DNA from: Macrostomum lignano
Lineage: Eukaryota
Reading direction: 5' to 3'
DNA: 64,000 bases
NCBI GenBank assembly: GCA_002269645.1
Contig: NIVC01002949.1
Coordinates: 1 to 64,000, forward strand
Position 1 is the first letter of the stretch. Each line of letters starts with the position of its first letter. The notes below the pieces were generated by a model. The model made no database searches. It worked only from the letters and a program-made list of their open reading frames with translations, and was not told the DNA's origin. Shown piece after piece: positions 1-13,210 of this stretch. The position numbers were made by a program, and so were the translations under genes.

Positions 1-691
1 TTTTGCTTTTTCTTTTTGAATAAGACTTTGTTTCAAAATAGGACATCAAATGGTGTAGTATTAAAAATGTGATAAATTATAAAAATAAAGATTATATTAA
101 ACTTTGACTTTTTGTGATAGAAATAAGTATCTTGAGTAATTTTATTTAGTATTCAAAATTTAGGATACCAAACTAGCATTGATTTAGTGCCTCCTATTAA
201 GGGACCCAACAAAATATTTTTTAATAAACTTGTGTAGCTTCTAAGCTATCAGCCTTGAAGTCTTAGCATTTCCTCCTAGTAGGCCTAAACCTTTTATATA
301 TCTTAGCAATTCCCTCTATAAACTTTGAAATCTTACCAATCCTCCCTTTCCCTAAGCTTTAACATCCAAATAGCAGTTATAATCCATTTTTGTCATTTAC
401 TAAATAATATTTTTTCATTATGATTATGACTCTATCTATATAATTTTATTTATAGACACCTATAGTACACTGAGTATTTATGGCAGCAACAAATATAATA
501 TGCCTATGGAAATTATTGACTGTGGTTTAAAGCTTTGATTATTAGAAAAGTTAAAATCATCAAAATGTTACAAATATGTATATATTAGTTAATAAGATTA
601 AGATCCAAAGAACTGTTTCAAAAAATTCACAAAAGTAGTTTTGTTATATATATATATAATATATAATGGTGGCCATATTATATTAAAATAA

Positions 692-1448
692 TATAGCTTT
701 TTGCAGCCCATTCGGCTAATGCACATTTAATTTAATCCAAGATATGTTTGCCAATGTAATGGAGCTTTTGTCTATGGTAGCAAGGCTGGCACAGCGGCAT
801 TTAATTTGGTCCAACAAGCATTCAGTTTAGTCCATAGTTTCATTTGCAACTGCTGCGGAGGAGCTAGATCAGCCCCAGAATTGTGGACCATATGCTAGGC
901 TGTCAAACGAATGCCATTGACTTGTGATCGAAGCACTCGACAGAGGTGAACACCCAAAGGCTGCTGAATGTAAAAGAAAATATGGTTTACAGCATCCAGC
1001 AGCGCGTTGAAAATCTGCCGGCAGAGATCGCCTGCGAAAGGGTGGCAATCGCCAAGGCAAATTGCTCGAGAGCCTCAGGTCCAACTGCTGCTCGATGCAG
1101 TTGAGACGAACCCTTTGTTGACGGTGCCGAAAATGCAGCAGAAGTTGAAGGAACAGTTCCAGTTGGTTATCAGAGTTCGGCTATCAGCAGAGCTCTGGAA
1201 CAGCAACAGAAAATTGTCGGTAGAGACGCTGACATTCTAGTGGTACGCAACAACCCGCAGACGGTAGCGAGAAGGCAGGAGTTTGCCAAATGGCTCACGA
1301 GCATTTGGACCAAATTGATGCTTGTTGGACCAAATTAAATGCTGCTGTGCCAGCCTTGCTACCATAGACAAAATCTCCGTTACACTGGCAAACGTATCTT
1401 GGATTAAATTCAATGCGCGTTAGCCCAAATGGGCTGCAAAATGCTATA
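692..1448 (+). mobile_element. Internally deleted IS630/Tc1/mariner-type DNA transposon with ~130-bp TIRs
   Basis: 692-821 is the diverged reverse complement of 1318-1448, and both ends carry TATA. The interior translates, with stops and shifts, to GPYARLSNECH*LVIEALDRGE..KGGNRQGKL..QVQLLLDAVETNPLLTVPKMQQKLKEQF..VRNNPQTVARRQEFAKWL, which resembles the N-terminal HTH region of IS630/Tc1-type transposases. No DDE domain remains. Confidence 0.75.
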
Positions 1449-1759
1449 CAATGGCTATCAGTCTATCACTATCTAGATCTACTTTAGTTTATAGCAACTA
1501 TAGTTAAATATGTAACTTATAGCCTCTGTGAATGCCTATGGAATAACTGCTTTTATAGCTACAAAACTACAGAAATATGGTGATTTAGAAAAAAAGCTGT
1601 TAGTCTTGCCTGACTAGGCTTATGGTAGAAGGACCTGTATTATAATGGAAGGCTAGTGAACAGTATCTAGTTGTTTGCTAGTTAAATTGCAATATATTGT
1701 GTACATATTGTAAATTCAAATTCACACTGAAGTAAACAAAGAAATTACTCAATTCACTG

Positions 1760-4700
1760 ATGAGTTTTATGCGCAGCCAGCAGTCAAACAACACAAGCCT
1801 GTACACCCTGCTGCAGTCCCGTCGAGCTCCAGCGCACTCTATTGGCAGCCAAACCGCCATAACGCCAGGCAAATCCCAGGATCGCATCACCCGGCACGCG
1901 CAGGCCAATCATTATCTACCAACCGATGCCCCAGTGTCCTTCCTTGATAGTCGTAGCAGTCCGGCCAGGCCGAAACCTTCCAGTAAGCCGAATTCGTTGA
2001 AAGCGGCCAACAATCTGGCCGTGTCGGCCGCCTCGCTCGACCAGCCGTCCGTAGCAGCAGCGTCCGGTCCGGCCGCCGAGTCCTCTTTAGGCAGCTTGGA
2101 GCTGCTGAGCTCCCGCCTGCAGACCATGATGGCAGAGAGACGCGACGAGCTCAACAAGGAGGCGGCCTACCTGCTCAAATGCCAGGTGGCAGCGCCTGGC
2201 AGCGCCGACGTCAATAGCGAGGACGCTCCGGCGCCGCCTCCGCGTCGACAAAGCGCCGCAGCGCACAATCAGAAAAGGCAAGAACAGAAATCTGACAGCT
2301 CGCGTCTAAGCCGAAGCCGATCAGCCGATGACACTTTGAATCTGTCCGACGATATTGACGTTGAATTAAACGAGAGCGTCTCCAACGATTGTGTACTTGA
2401 TGAAGGCGCAAGACCGTCCGGCAGCCTGGCGCCAATCAGGTCGGCAAAGCAGCCTAGCAGCGTTGGCGAATCCAGCGGCGGCAAAAGAGGAACATTCGGC
2501 TTCCTCAGCCGGTTCAGATCCGGCCAGCAGCAGCAGCACCGTCAAGACGGCTCCTCCGGCGCCGCCGCCGCCACCGCCACCGCTTCTCCGAAAAAGTCGC
2601 ACAGTTCGCGCTTCCCCAGCTTCAGAAAACTGTTGCGAATGCCTAAAAAGATCAAACGATCGCCGCTTGATGAGAATAAATTTCAGTCGACGGATTCGAA
2701 GAATGAGGCGGCGACTGTTGTGCCCGATGGAAATGGAGGTTAGTCATCTGGGAGGGGGCTGTCGTTTCGTATTCTTTGAATTTCATACCGGTATTCCTAA
2801 GATTTTAATTATTTAATCTCTGAACTCCCAATGCCCACCTGAAAGACTGAGATTAGTATCCCAATGCTCACCTCAAAGGACCACTTTTAGAATTCCAATG
2901 TCCACTCCGAAGGCCAGGATTAGAATCCCAATGTCCACCTCGAAGGACCAGGATTAGAATCCCAATGTCCACCTCGAAGGACCAGGATTAGAATCCAATG
3001 TCCACCTCGAAGGACCAGGATTAGAATCCCAATGTCCACCCCGAAGGACCAGGATTAGAATTCCAATGTCCACCCCGAAGGCCAGGATTAGAATTCCAAT
3101 GTCCACCCCGAAGGACCAGGATTAGAATCCTAATGTCCACTCCGAAGGCCAGGATTAGAATTCCAATGTCCACTCCGAAGGCCAGGATTAGAATCCCAAT
3201 GTCCACCTCGAAGGACCAGGATTAGAATCCCAATGTCCACCCCGAAGGACCAGGATTAGAATTCCAATGTCCACCCCGAAGGCCAGGATTAGAATCCCAA
3301 CAATGTCCACCCCGAAGGCCAGGATTAGAATTCCAATGTCCACCCCGAAGGACCAGGATTAGAATTCCAATGTCCACCCCGAAGGACCAAGATTAGAATA
3401 CCAATGTTTACCCCGAAGGACCAAGATTAGAATACCAATGTTTACCCCGAAGGACCAAGATTAGAATACCAATGTTCACCCCGAAGGCCAGGATTAGAAT
3501 CCCAACAATGTCGACCCCAAAGGACCAAGATTAGAATCCCAATGTCCACTGGGATGGACCTTAATTAGAACTCCAAAATGTCTACCACAAATGACCTTGA
3601 CTGGAATCCCAATAAGCGCTATAAGCTAAATAATCAGAGAGAATTTAATTACTCAAAGCTATTGCTTAGCGCTATGCCATAAAATTTCGTAGAGAAGTTT
3701 TGAGCCGGCATCCTGTTTTAAAATCTCAGACGGTCGGTGTTTAATAAATAAAGCTGCGTATAGTTTAAAGAAAATTTTGCAACAGAAATAGTTTTTTTGT
3801 TTTAGTCGCACGACTGAACAGCCCGTCTGCTGGCTGCAATTTGATACACACAGAGATGCATGGGTGTTCACCTCGCACAGGTTTCACTTCATTTGCTTAG
3901 TCAGTGGAACTTCCGTTAAGCTCTCTCGCTCTCTCTCTCTCTCAGCGCGGCTTGTGTAACAAAATTTTACTTTGGGTATCCATCGAAACTAGTTCCAACC
4001 AACCATATAAATGGAAAGTGGTTGATCTGATTCGCAAAATTGTCGCCTTACATGTATGCAGCTGCGGGGATGCACTTGGAAAGCTTCAATATGGCTTTAT
4101 TGGCTGGTAAGAGTGTATAGACCAATAATCAAATAAAACTACTTAAATTATCGATACTTTTTTTAGAGAACTACAGAACTTCAACTAACTTGGACCAAAT
4201 TCAGATTGCCGGAATAAAAGTTAACAAAGTTGTTCATAACACGGACGCCATAAAAAAAGAACTAGAACTATTTTTTAAACCTTCACAAGCTGGTTGCCGA
4301 TACAGAACAATTCAAGCAAACTAATGCCTTTTGAAGGTCATTTCCTACCAATATTATTTTTATCTCTGTGCTGTAGCTGAGGAGAAACTCCGCGAAGCTT
4401 TTAATTAACCAAAAGAGACTGCAGATAATAGATTTTTTTCGATGGGCCGCGATTCAATGATGGAGAAGCTGCGATAAGATACTCGCACTGGGGTATAGAA
4501 TAAGTCCAAGCCCTCATCGCGTATTCCCGGCCAGTCAGGTTAATAATTAAGTCGATCAGGTCGGGAATGCCCCGTTCGCTGCAACAGCAGCAGCCACTGC
4601 CACAGAACTGCATTAGGTCATAGACAATAAAGCCAATCAAAGCCACCACCACAGAGCTGCTCTCAGCCATAGATAATGAGGCCGATTAAAGCCGATGTCA

Positions 4701-7700
4701 CAGAACTGCACTCGGCCATAGACAATAAAGCCGATCAAAGCCACTGCTACAGAGCAGCTCTCGGCCATAGACAATAAAGCCAATCAAAGCCACCGCCACA
4801 GAGCTGCACTCGGCCATAGACAATAAAGCCGATCAAAGCCACTGCTACAGAGCAGCTCTCGGCCATAGACAATAAAGCCAATCAAAGCCACTGCCACAGA
4901 ACTGCACTCGGCCATAGAAAATAAAGCCAATCAAAGCCGCCACCACAGAGCTGCTCTCAGCCATAGATAATAAGGCCGATCAATGCCGCTGTCACAGAAC
5001 TGCACTCGGCCATAGACAATAGCCAAAAAAAGCCACTGCCACAGAACTACACTCGGCCATAGACAATAAAGCCGATCAAAGCCACTGCTACAGAGCAGCT
5101 CTCGGCCATAGACAATAAAGCCAATCAAAGCCACTGCTACAGAGCAGCTCTCGGCCATAGACAATAAAGCCAATCAAAGCCACTGCCACAGAACTGCACT
5201 CGGCCATAGACAATAAAGCCAATCAAAGCCACTGCCACAGAACTGCACTCGGCCATAGACAATAAAGCCAATCAAAGCCACTGCTACAGAGCAGCTCTCG
5301 GCCATAGACAATAAAGCCAATCAAAGCCACTGCCACAGAACTGCACTCGGCCATAGAAAATAAAGCCAATCAAAGCCGCCACCACAGAGCTGCTCTCGGC
5401 CATAGACAATAAAGCCAATCAAAGCCACTGCCACAGAACTGCACTCGGCCATAGACAATAAAGCCAATCAAAGCCACTGCCACAGAACTGCACTCGGCCA
5501 TAGACAATAAAGCCAATCAAAGCCACTGCCACAGAACTGCACTCGGCCATAGACAATAAAGCCAATCAAAGCCACTGCCACAGAACTGCACTCGGCCATA
5601 GACAATAAAGCCAATCAAAGCCACTGCTACAGAGCAGCTCTCGGCCATAGACAATAAAGCCAATCAAAGCCACTGCCACAGAACTGCACTCGGCCATAGA
5701 AAATAAAGCCAATCAAAGCCGCCACCACAGAGCTGCTCTCGGCCATAGACAATAAAGCCAATCAAAGCCACTGCCACAGAACTGCACTCGGCCATAGACA
5801 ATAGAGCCCATCAAAGCCACTGCTACAGAACTGCATTCGGCCATAGACAAGTTTCGGTAAATGCCCAATCGGGCGGATAATTTCATTAGAAATCAATTTA
5901 GGATTCTCTACTTGATTTTTTCTTCTAATGAGAGACAATAGCTTTCAAGAATTTGCTTGGCTTGCAGGTCTGATCAGCTTGGTTGGCTTTATTGTTTTTA
6001 GTCAAGTCACAAGCACGCGACTTACATAGGACAGGAAAACTCGTTTAACTATATCTTTGTGGATATAAATAGAAGGCTTGAACTTTTATTTGTAAACAAG
6101 ATGCATAGCCATATTCTTAAATCATATTTGTTTAAATTGATTTGAAGGGACCATATTACTTTAAATGCATTATTTTATCAAGAGAAGGGCCTTTAATTTA
6201 AGAGATTTTCTGGTCTACAAGACATGCATGTTTCAATAAACTCGTAGTTTTTATGTCAAAAAAATCTGAAAGTTCCTGTCTTCGTAAGTATATTTTGGTG
6301 CTAAACCAGCCTCCAGTATGTTTTCTAAGAAACGTGGAACCGGTAGTTACTGCTGGAGCGAATGTGAATTCTCGACTCGATCGGTTTAATTATCAACTTG
6401 ACTAAAATTACCAAGTCTAATTGCTTATTGTAGGGATAAAAATAGCATCGAGTTATCTAAATCTGACTGTTTCCATCCCGCAGCCGCTGATGCAGCGCAT
6501 AGCAACGGCCTACCAGACACAGCAACGGCGGCTAAAGCTCCATCAGATTCGCCAGATGATTCTTCATCCGCTTACTTAACTGCCAGTATGACCAGTCCGG
6601 CTGCGGACTCTGGTGCAACAGTTCCGACTGCCAATGGAGTTGCCGATGGACCATTTGCTGGGACTGAGTCTAATAGTAGTAGTGCAAAGCCTGCTCTGCT
6701 CAGCCCCATTGTTACAGGTGAGGTATCAAAGTGAACTGTTAACGGTAAAAATACCAAGCCTATATAATTCGCCCGTAGAACTACCAAGTATGATGGCTAC
6801 TACGGGCTGATTGCTTGAGAGTAGCTGAGGATGTCCAGCATATGAGGTGTCCGTTATCACCTAGTGCTATCTGTTGAAGGTCCAGAAGCTCCGCCTGGGT
6901 GAAGGCCAGTGACCAAAGAAGTCAGAGCTGATGCAGACACATGCGGTCAATGTGCTGATGAAATTTGGAGGCTTGGCAAGGCACTTGGAAAACACTGGCG
7001 CTTATCGGAAAAATCCGACCTGTTGGCAGAATTGTCGAATATCTCGACGGTCCAAAAGGCTAGCAGCGACTTTATTCTTGTTACGCTCAGACAGGGTGTA
7101 CAGCGTCCCTGATTTTGTCATCGTCGGTGCATGTACACTCTGCGTCTTGGGGGGGGGTCTCAATCGCCAGAAAAGCTTTCAAGGCCAATTTTGGTGTCTA
7201 TTGGCTAGCTGACAAATTTAAAAAAAAGTTCTTATTTAAAAATTGATACTTCTTGCTTAACAAATTTCTCTATTCTTATCTCAGCAATAATAAACTGGTT
7301 ACATGCTCGTATTTTTACTGCCAAGTCTAGTGTAATGCAATCGCAATGGCGTGTTATCAAAATTTGCGCAGTATTAATTATAACGGATGCTATTTATATT
7401 AAGGAATGATTGTGTGGCAAATCATATATAGTCCTTAGCTTTATCAAGCTGGCTTCTATATAATATTTAATATGCATACATTTTTCTAGCTTCTTGCCTG
7501 TCTGTTTCTTTAATAGTGACAATACCAAATTGTTTACTTCAGTTACCATGGCTACAGCCGATGGCAAAGCTTTGCACAGTGAAAATCTGCCTAACAAACT
7601 GCTGACAACTTCAATTGATAGCAACGGCAACGCTGACGAGCCCAATGTTGTTAATGATGCTGCTAAGGAGCCTGGGAAAGCTGAGGATTTGCCCACTGGT

Positions 7701-10700
7701 AAGCTGGTTGAATTAATAATAGTTTTATATTAATTGATAGGACCGGCTATATTGCACCGTTAATAAGATAGATTGATTGTTTGACTGGTAGAGACAGATA
7801 GGTAGAAAGAAAGTTACTATCTTAATGTAAATTAAGATACGTTTGACCAAAGATCATGTATACACAAGATGGGCCACTCATTAACCGCTTATGTGCCCAT
7901 AGAAGCGTATGTGAAAAAACTTGAAAAAAAAACTACTGAACTCTATTTCACCAGTAGTTTCTGCAGTGCATGCATCATTCTTAGTTTGATTGAGTAGCTT
8001 CTTATTTGATTCATGGGAAGTTCTATCAAATTCTCAGAAAAAAATAGCGTCTATGTCCCTAAGCTACTGAACTCTATTTCACCAGTAGTTTCTGCAGTGC
8101 ATGCATCATTGTTAGTTTGATTGAGTAGCTTCTTATTTGATTCATGTGAAGTTCTATCAAATTCTCAGAAAAAAATAGCGTCTATGTCCCTAAGCTACTG
8201 AACTCAAAATTTAAGCAACCCATGTCCAAGTATGAAAAATCAAATTTTGAGTTAGGACTCGCTTGCATTTATTATAACAGCATTACTATAAGACTTTTCT
8301 TGACAAAAACTACTAAAATTCGCAGTACAAGTGTCCACCGAGGCACCGATACCGCCGCCACCGGAGCCGGCAACTAGCGAAATTGTTGAAGTTCCCGCAC
8401 CCGAAGCCGCTGACGTCCCAGTGACTCTTCGCGGCAATCGCAGCGGCGGCTCGCCTAGCGGCGTCAAAGTGACAGCAATGCCGGCGGCAGGGGCTGCTCA
8501 GCAGCAGCAACTGTTGCTGCCTCTACCCGTTGGCACGTCAACGCCAACTCGGGGCTCGCCAGGCAGAGGCCGACTAGGCTACAATAGGAGAAAGGTATAA
8601 CTATTATGCAATGTCAATACAATGGACAGGTATTTCAACAGAGATAGAAAAAAGGTTGTGGGCAGCATAGATAATGGGCAATGTTTAATACATCTATGTT
8701 TATTTATATCAATATCGTATGCGAATGGCATAGTGCTGAGTCATGGACAGGGAGCGCTTGGTAACATAGAGCTTGCCAGCTACAGAAGGGGTGCCATTTA
8801 CAGAAAGGGCGCCAGCTACAGAAGGGGCGCCAGATACAGAGAGGGCGCCGATGCAGAGAGGGCGCCAGCTACAGAAGGGGCGCCAGACACAAAAGAGCGC
8901 CAGATACAGAGAGAGAGAGCGCCGATGCAGAGAGGGCGCCAGATACAGTAGGGGCGCCAGTTACAAATGGGGCGCCAGCTACAGAGGGGGGCACCAGCTA
9001 CAGAGGGGGCACTAGCTACAGAGGGGGCGCCAGCTACAGAGGGGGCGCCAGCTACAGAGGGGGGCACCAGCTACAGAGGGGGCACTAGCTACAGAGGGGG
9101 CGCCAGCTACAGAGGGGGCGCCAGCTACAGAGGGGGGCACCAGCTGCAGAGGGGCACCAGCATCAGAGGGGGCACCAGCTACAGAGGGGCACCAGCTGCA
9201 GAGGGGGCACCAGCTACAGAGGGGGCACCAGCTGCAGAGGGGGCACCAGCTACAGAGGGGGCACCAGCTACAGAGGGGGCGCCAGCTACAGAGGGGGCAC
9301 CAGCTACAGAGGGGGCGCCAGCTACAAAGGAGTATCAGCTGCAGCAAAAAATTTTTATACATTAAAAACCGCCCCTCGGCCGCAGACTAAGAGCTGCACC
9401 GAATGCGACGTGCCTGTCAGCTCCGGCGGGGTCGACAGTTCAGCAGCCGAAGCGTCCGATTTGGTCGCCGCCGTCGTGTCAGCCTCCGCATCCGCCGATG
9501 CCGCTGGGGTCAGCGCGGCCGCTCTACTCGCTGACGCCAAGGCGCGGGAGCGCTCCTCTCTAATAATGATTAGCGCGGCGATGCGCGGCGCCGCCATCCT
9601 GGCCGCCGGCATGACCCGGTCGCTTAACTTCGACGCTTTGCACGCCGCCGAACTCGACGGCGAAGATGCCGACGCCGATGCCGCCGAGCAGCAGTCGGAC
9701 GGCGACGGTGAAAAATGCGCCGGCCGCTACTTTTTAATGCTTGCCGACCGGGAGGAGAAGAAGATTCGGACCGAGACAGACTGGATTGAAGCCGCTCTGG
9801 CCGACCGGCCGGACTTGTCCGAAGAGGGTCAGTTCCGTACCTGTCTGATCTGCATATCTATCTTATCTATCTATCTATCCGTATCTAGTCTAGTATCTAG
9901 TCTAGCCCGTCTATCTTCGTATCTAGTCCATATATCTCATTTAGTCCATCTATCTCAGTGTCTAGCCCATCTATCTTAGTGTCTAGCCCATCTATCTCCG
10001 GGTCTAGCCCATCTATCTCCGTATCTAGTCCATCTATCTCAGTTTCTAGCCCATCTATCTCAGTTTCTAGCCCATCTATCTCAGTTTCTAGCCCATCTAT
10101 CTCAGTTTCTAGCCCATCTATCTCCGTATCTAGTCCATCTATCTCAGTTTCTAGCCCATCTATCTCAGTTTCTAGACCATCTATCTCAGTTTCTAGCCCA
10201 TCTATCTCAGTTTCTAGCCCATCTATCTCAGTTTCTAGCCCATCTATCTCCGTATCTAGTCCATCTATCTCAGTTTCTAGCCCATCTATCTCAGTTTCTA
10301 GACCATCTATCTCCGGGTCTAGCCCATCTATCTCCGTATCTAGCCCATCTATCTCAGTTTCTAGACCATCTATCTCCGGGTCTAGCCCATCTTTAATCCG
10401 TGTCGATGCTCAACAAGCACAACAGCTAGTGCTCAACACGTATAAACTTTCAGTCGCCGGAATATTTCGCGTGGCCGTCGGCAAGGCGAAGCTGTTCCTA
10501 GCAGAGAAGCTGGCCCAGTTCCGCGGCCTGTGCGAGGACAACCTCTCTGGCGGGGTCACCCAGTACTGCGACTTGAACGGCTTTTGGGCCATCTGCGGCC
10601 TACAGATTGACGATCTGAATAACAAGCTGCTGCAACAGTGCCGAACTATTCGCGACGCTGGATTTGTTGTCATAGCAACCAGCTCGAAGGCTTCGGCGGC

Positions 10701-10943
10701 GTCCGGCTCGCCGGAGCAGCAGGCCTCGACGGCGCCAACAACGAAGGCAGCCGCGAGACGGCCGACCGCGGCAAAGAAAGCGACAACTTCCTCCGCGACG
10801 GCAAAGTCGGGAGCGGCGGCGGCGGCGAAGGCGATCGGCAGCGCCGGGAGCGGCTGGCGGAGATGAAGCGCCAGGCTCGCAAGAAGATGCTGGCAGCCTC
10901 GGCCGGTGCGGCTGACAACGGAGACGATGTGATTTTCATGTGA
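1760..10943 (+). CDS. DLGAP: DLGAP/GKAP (SAPAP/HURP/Mars family) protein, multi-exon
   Basis: Phase-compatible GT-AG exons: 1760-2738, 6484-6717, 7543-7698, 8326-8594, 9386-9827, 10454-10866/10943. The last two exons give YFLMLADREEKKIRTETDWIEAALADRPDLSEE|VAGIFRVAVGKAKLFLAEKLAQFRGLCEDNL..QYCDLNGFWAICGLQIDDLNNK, which matches the GKAP homology domain (IRTAVGKAQLLMSQKFQQFRELCEENL..DLAGFW). Linkage of the 5' low-complexity exons rests on splice phase only. Confidence 0.8.
2825..3610. repeat. Intronic minisatellite, 33-34 bp unit (atgtccacctcgaaggaccaggattagaatccca)
   Basis: Direct tandem copies visible in DLGAP intron 1. Confidence 0.95.
4377..4538 (+). pseudogene. Possible decayed or poison exon within DLGAP intron 1
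   Basis: Pyrimidine tract plus tgtag acceptor, 162 bp, phase 1 to phase 1, weak donor gttaat. Reads AEEKLREAFN*PKETADNRFFSMGRDSMMEKLR*DTRTGV*NKSKPSSRIPGQS, with stops TAA, TAA and TAG. Confidence 0.3.
4595..5850. repeat. Intronic minisatellite, 49 bp unit (catagacaataaagccaatcaaagccactgccacagaactgcactcggc)
   Basis: About 25 tandem copies with alternating variants. Confidence 0.95.
7933..8205. repeat. 131-bp direct tandem duplication
   Basis: The block ctactgaactctatttcaccag...gtctatgtccctaag starts at 7933 and 8064, with a partial third start at 8195. Confidence 0.9.
8770..9340. repeat. Intronic minisatellite, ~18 bp unit (gcaccagctacagagggg)
   Basis: Tandem copies ending about 45 bp before the acceptor at 9385. 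Source of the GAPATE pseudo-ORFs. Confidence 0.95.
9855..10392. repeat. Intronic minisatellite, 21 bp unit (tctagcccatctatctcagtt)
   Basis: Tandem copies. Source of the SSPSISV pseudo-ORF prefix. Confidence 0.95.
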
Positions 10944-11644
10944 AGCTGTGCCTGGCAGATCATCACTGACTCTAGCCAATGGCAGTCGTCAAGTATTAAA
11001 TTCAAAATAATGTCGAATTTGTCAGCTACACAATTTTTGTAAAAATTATTTTTCTCTTGTTTAAAAAACACACGCTCGGTTTTAAGGTCAATGAAGTTGG
11101 ACGTTATTTTAGTCCTCCTATGCAATGTCTGTGCAAGTGATTCCACTTTAGCTAACATAAGAATATAGCCTAATAAATAGCAAACATGGGCTTTTTAGAT
11201 AGACTTTAGATAGAATTAATTAATGATTCATTATGGATTAGAGCAATATAAGTGAGTCATATTGCTATGCAGTTGCACCAGGGTATCACAACCAATTAGC
11301 AAAGCATTAGTAATGAGAAACACATGATTGCTTTTTTATCGTGCTTCGCCTGAGTATTAGCCTCCACCCTTTCCGCTTTCTCAGTCGGGTTAACCTCGAC
11401 TTAATCTATTTATCTACAGTCTTATTATATCTGCGTGCCATGCGGCCTTTTTTCTGTTTATTTATTTTCAATTTCAAACACAAACTATCAGTTTTTGCAC
11501 CCTGGACTTACAGCTTCTCTTTGACGGAGTGTTGGAAAAGTATTTTTTAAACTACTTACGTTCCCTTTTTCCTCAATGTTGAAGCACTGAGTACTGAGTT
11601 TTGCTTAAGTTTCTGTTCGTCATCTATCATCAGCATCTCCCTGT

Positions 11645-13210
11645 ATTGTCTCTACCCCTCTCTCCCACTCTTACCCCTCACTTTATCCCACACCCTCTCC
11701 CACTCTTACCCCTCACTTTATCCCACACCCTCTCCCACTCTTACCCCTCACTTTATCCCACACCCTCTCCCACTCTTACCCCTCACTTTATCTCACACCC
11801 TCTCCCACTCTTACCCCTCACTTTATCCCACACCCTCTCCCACTCTTACCCCTCACTTTATCCCACACCCTCTCCCACTCTTACCCCTCACTTTATCCCA
11901 CACCCTCTCCCACTCTTACCCCTCACTTTATCTCACACCCTCTCCCACTCTTACCCCTCACTTTATCTCACACCCTCTCCCACTCTTACCCCTCACTTTA
12001 TCCCACACCCTCTCCCACTCTTACCCCTCACTTTATCTCACACCCTCTCCCACTCTTACCCCTCACTTTATCCCACACCCTCTCCCACTCTTACCCCTCA
12101 CTTTATCTCACACCCTCTCCCACTCTTACCCCTCACTTTATCTCACACCCTCTCCCACTCTTACCCCTCACTTTATCTCACACCCTCTCCCACTCTTACC
12201 CCTCACTTTATCTCACACCCTCTCCCACTCTTACCCCTCACTTTATCTCACACCCTCTCCCACTCTTACCCCTCACTTTATCTCACACCCTCTCCCACTC
12301 TTACCCCTCACTTTATCCCACACCCTCTCCCACTCTTACCCCTCACTTTATCTCACACCCTTTCCCACTCTTACCCCTCACTTTATCCACACCCTCTCCC
12401 ACTCTTACCCCTTACTTTATCTCACACCCTCTCCCACACTTACCCCTCACTTTATCTCACACCCTCTCCCACTCTTACCCCTCACTTTATCTCACACCCT
12501 CTCCAACACTTACCCCTCACTTTATCTCACACCCTCTCCCACACTTACCCCTCACTTTATCTCACACCCTCTCCCACACTTACCCCTCACTTTATCTCAC
12601 ACCCTCTCTCTCTCTCTCTATCTCTCTCCCACTCTTACCCCTCACTTTATCTCTCACCCTCTCCCACTCTTACCCCTCACTTTATCCCACACCCTCTCCC
12701 ACTCTTACCCCTCACTTTATCTCACACCCTCTCCCACACTTACCCCTCACTTTATCTCACACCCTCTCCCACACTTACCCCTCACTTTATCTCACACCCT
12801 CTCTCTCTCTCTCTATCTCTCTCCCACTCTTACCCCTCACTTTATCTCTCACCCTCTCCCACTCTTACCCCTCACTTTATCTCACACCCTCTCCCACTCT
12901 TACCCCTCACTTTATCTCATGCCCTCTCCCACTCTTACCCCTCAATTTATCTCACACACTCTCTCTCTCTATCTCTCTCCCACTCTTACCCCTCACTTTA
13001 TCTCTCACCCTCTCCCACTCTTACCCCTCACTTTATCTCACACCCTCTCCCACTCTTACCCCTCACTTTATCTCACGCCCTCTCCCACTCTTACCCCTCA
13101 ATTTATCTCACACACTCTCTCTCTCGATCTCTCTCCCACTCTTACCCCTCACTTTATCTCACACCCTCTCCCACTCTTACCCCTCAATTTATCTCACACC
13201 CTCTCTCTCT
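11645..13210. repeat. Minisatellite, 35 bp pyrimidine-rich unit (caccctctcccactcttacccctcactttatctca)
   Basis: About 44 tandem copies with (TC)n interruptions toward the 3' end. Confidence 0.97.

Noticed and set aside
1760-2743. Independent single-exon 327-aa gene
   Set aside because: Its stop lies in a gttagt donor that is phase-compatible with the next DLGAP exon, so it is more likely exon 1 of that gene (not proven).
4377-4538. TAA/TAG-to-Gln codon reassignment as an explanation for in-frame stops
   Set aside because: No other reconstructed exon contains in-frame TAR codons, and the temptin gene ends at TAA where homologs end.
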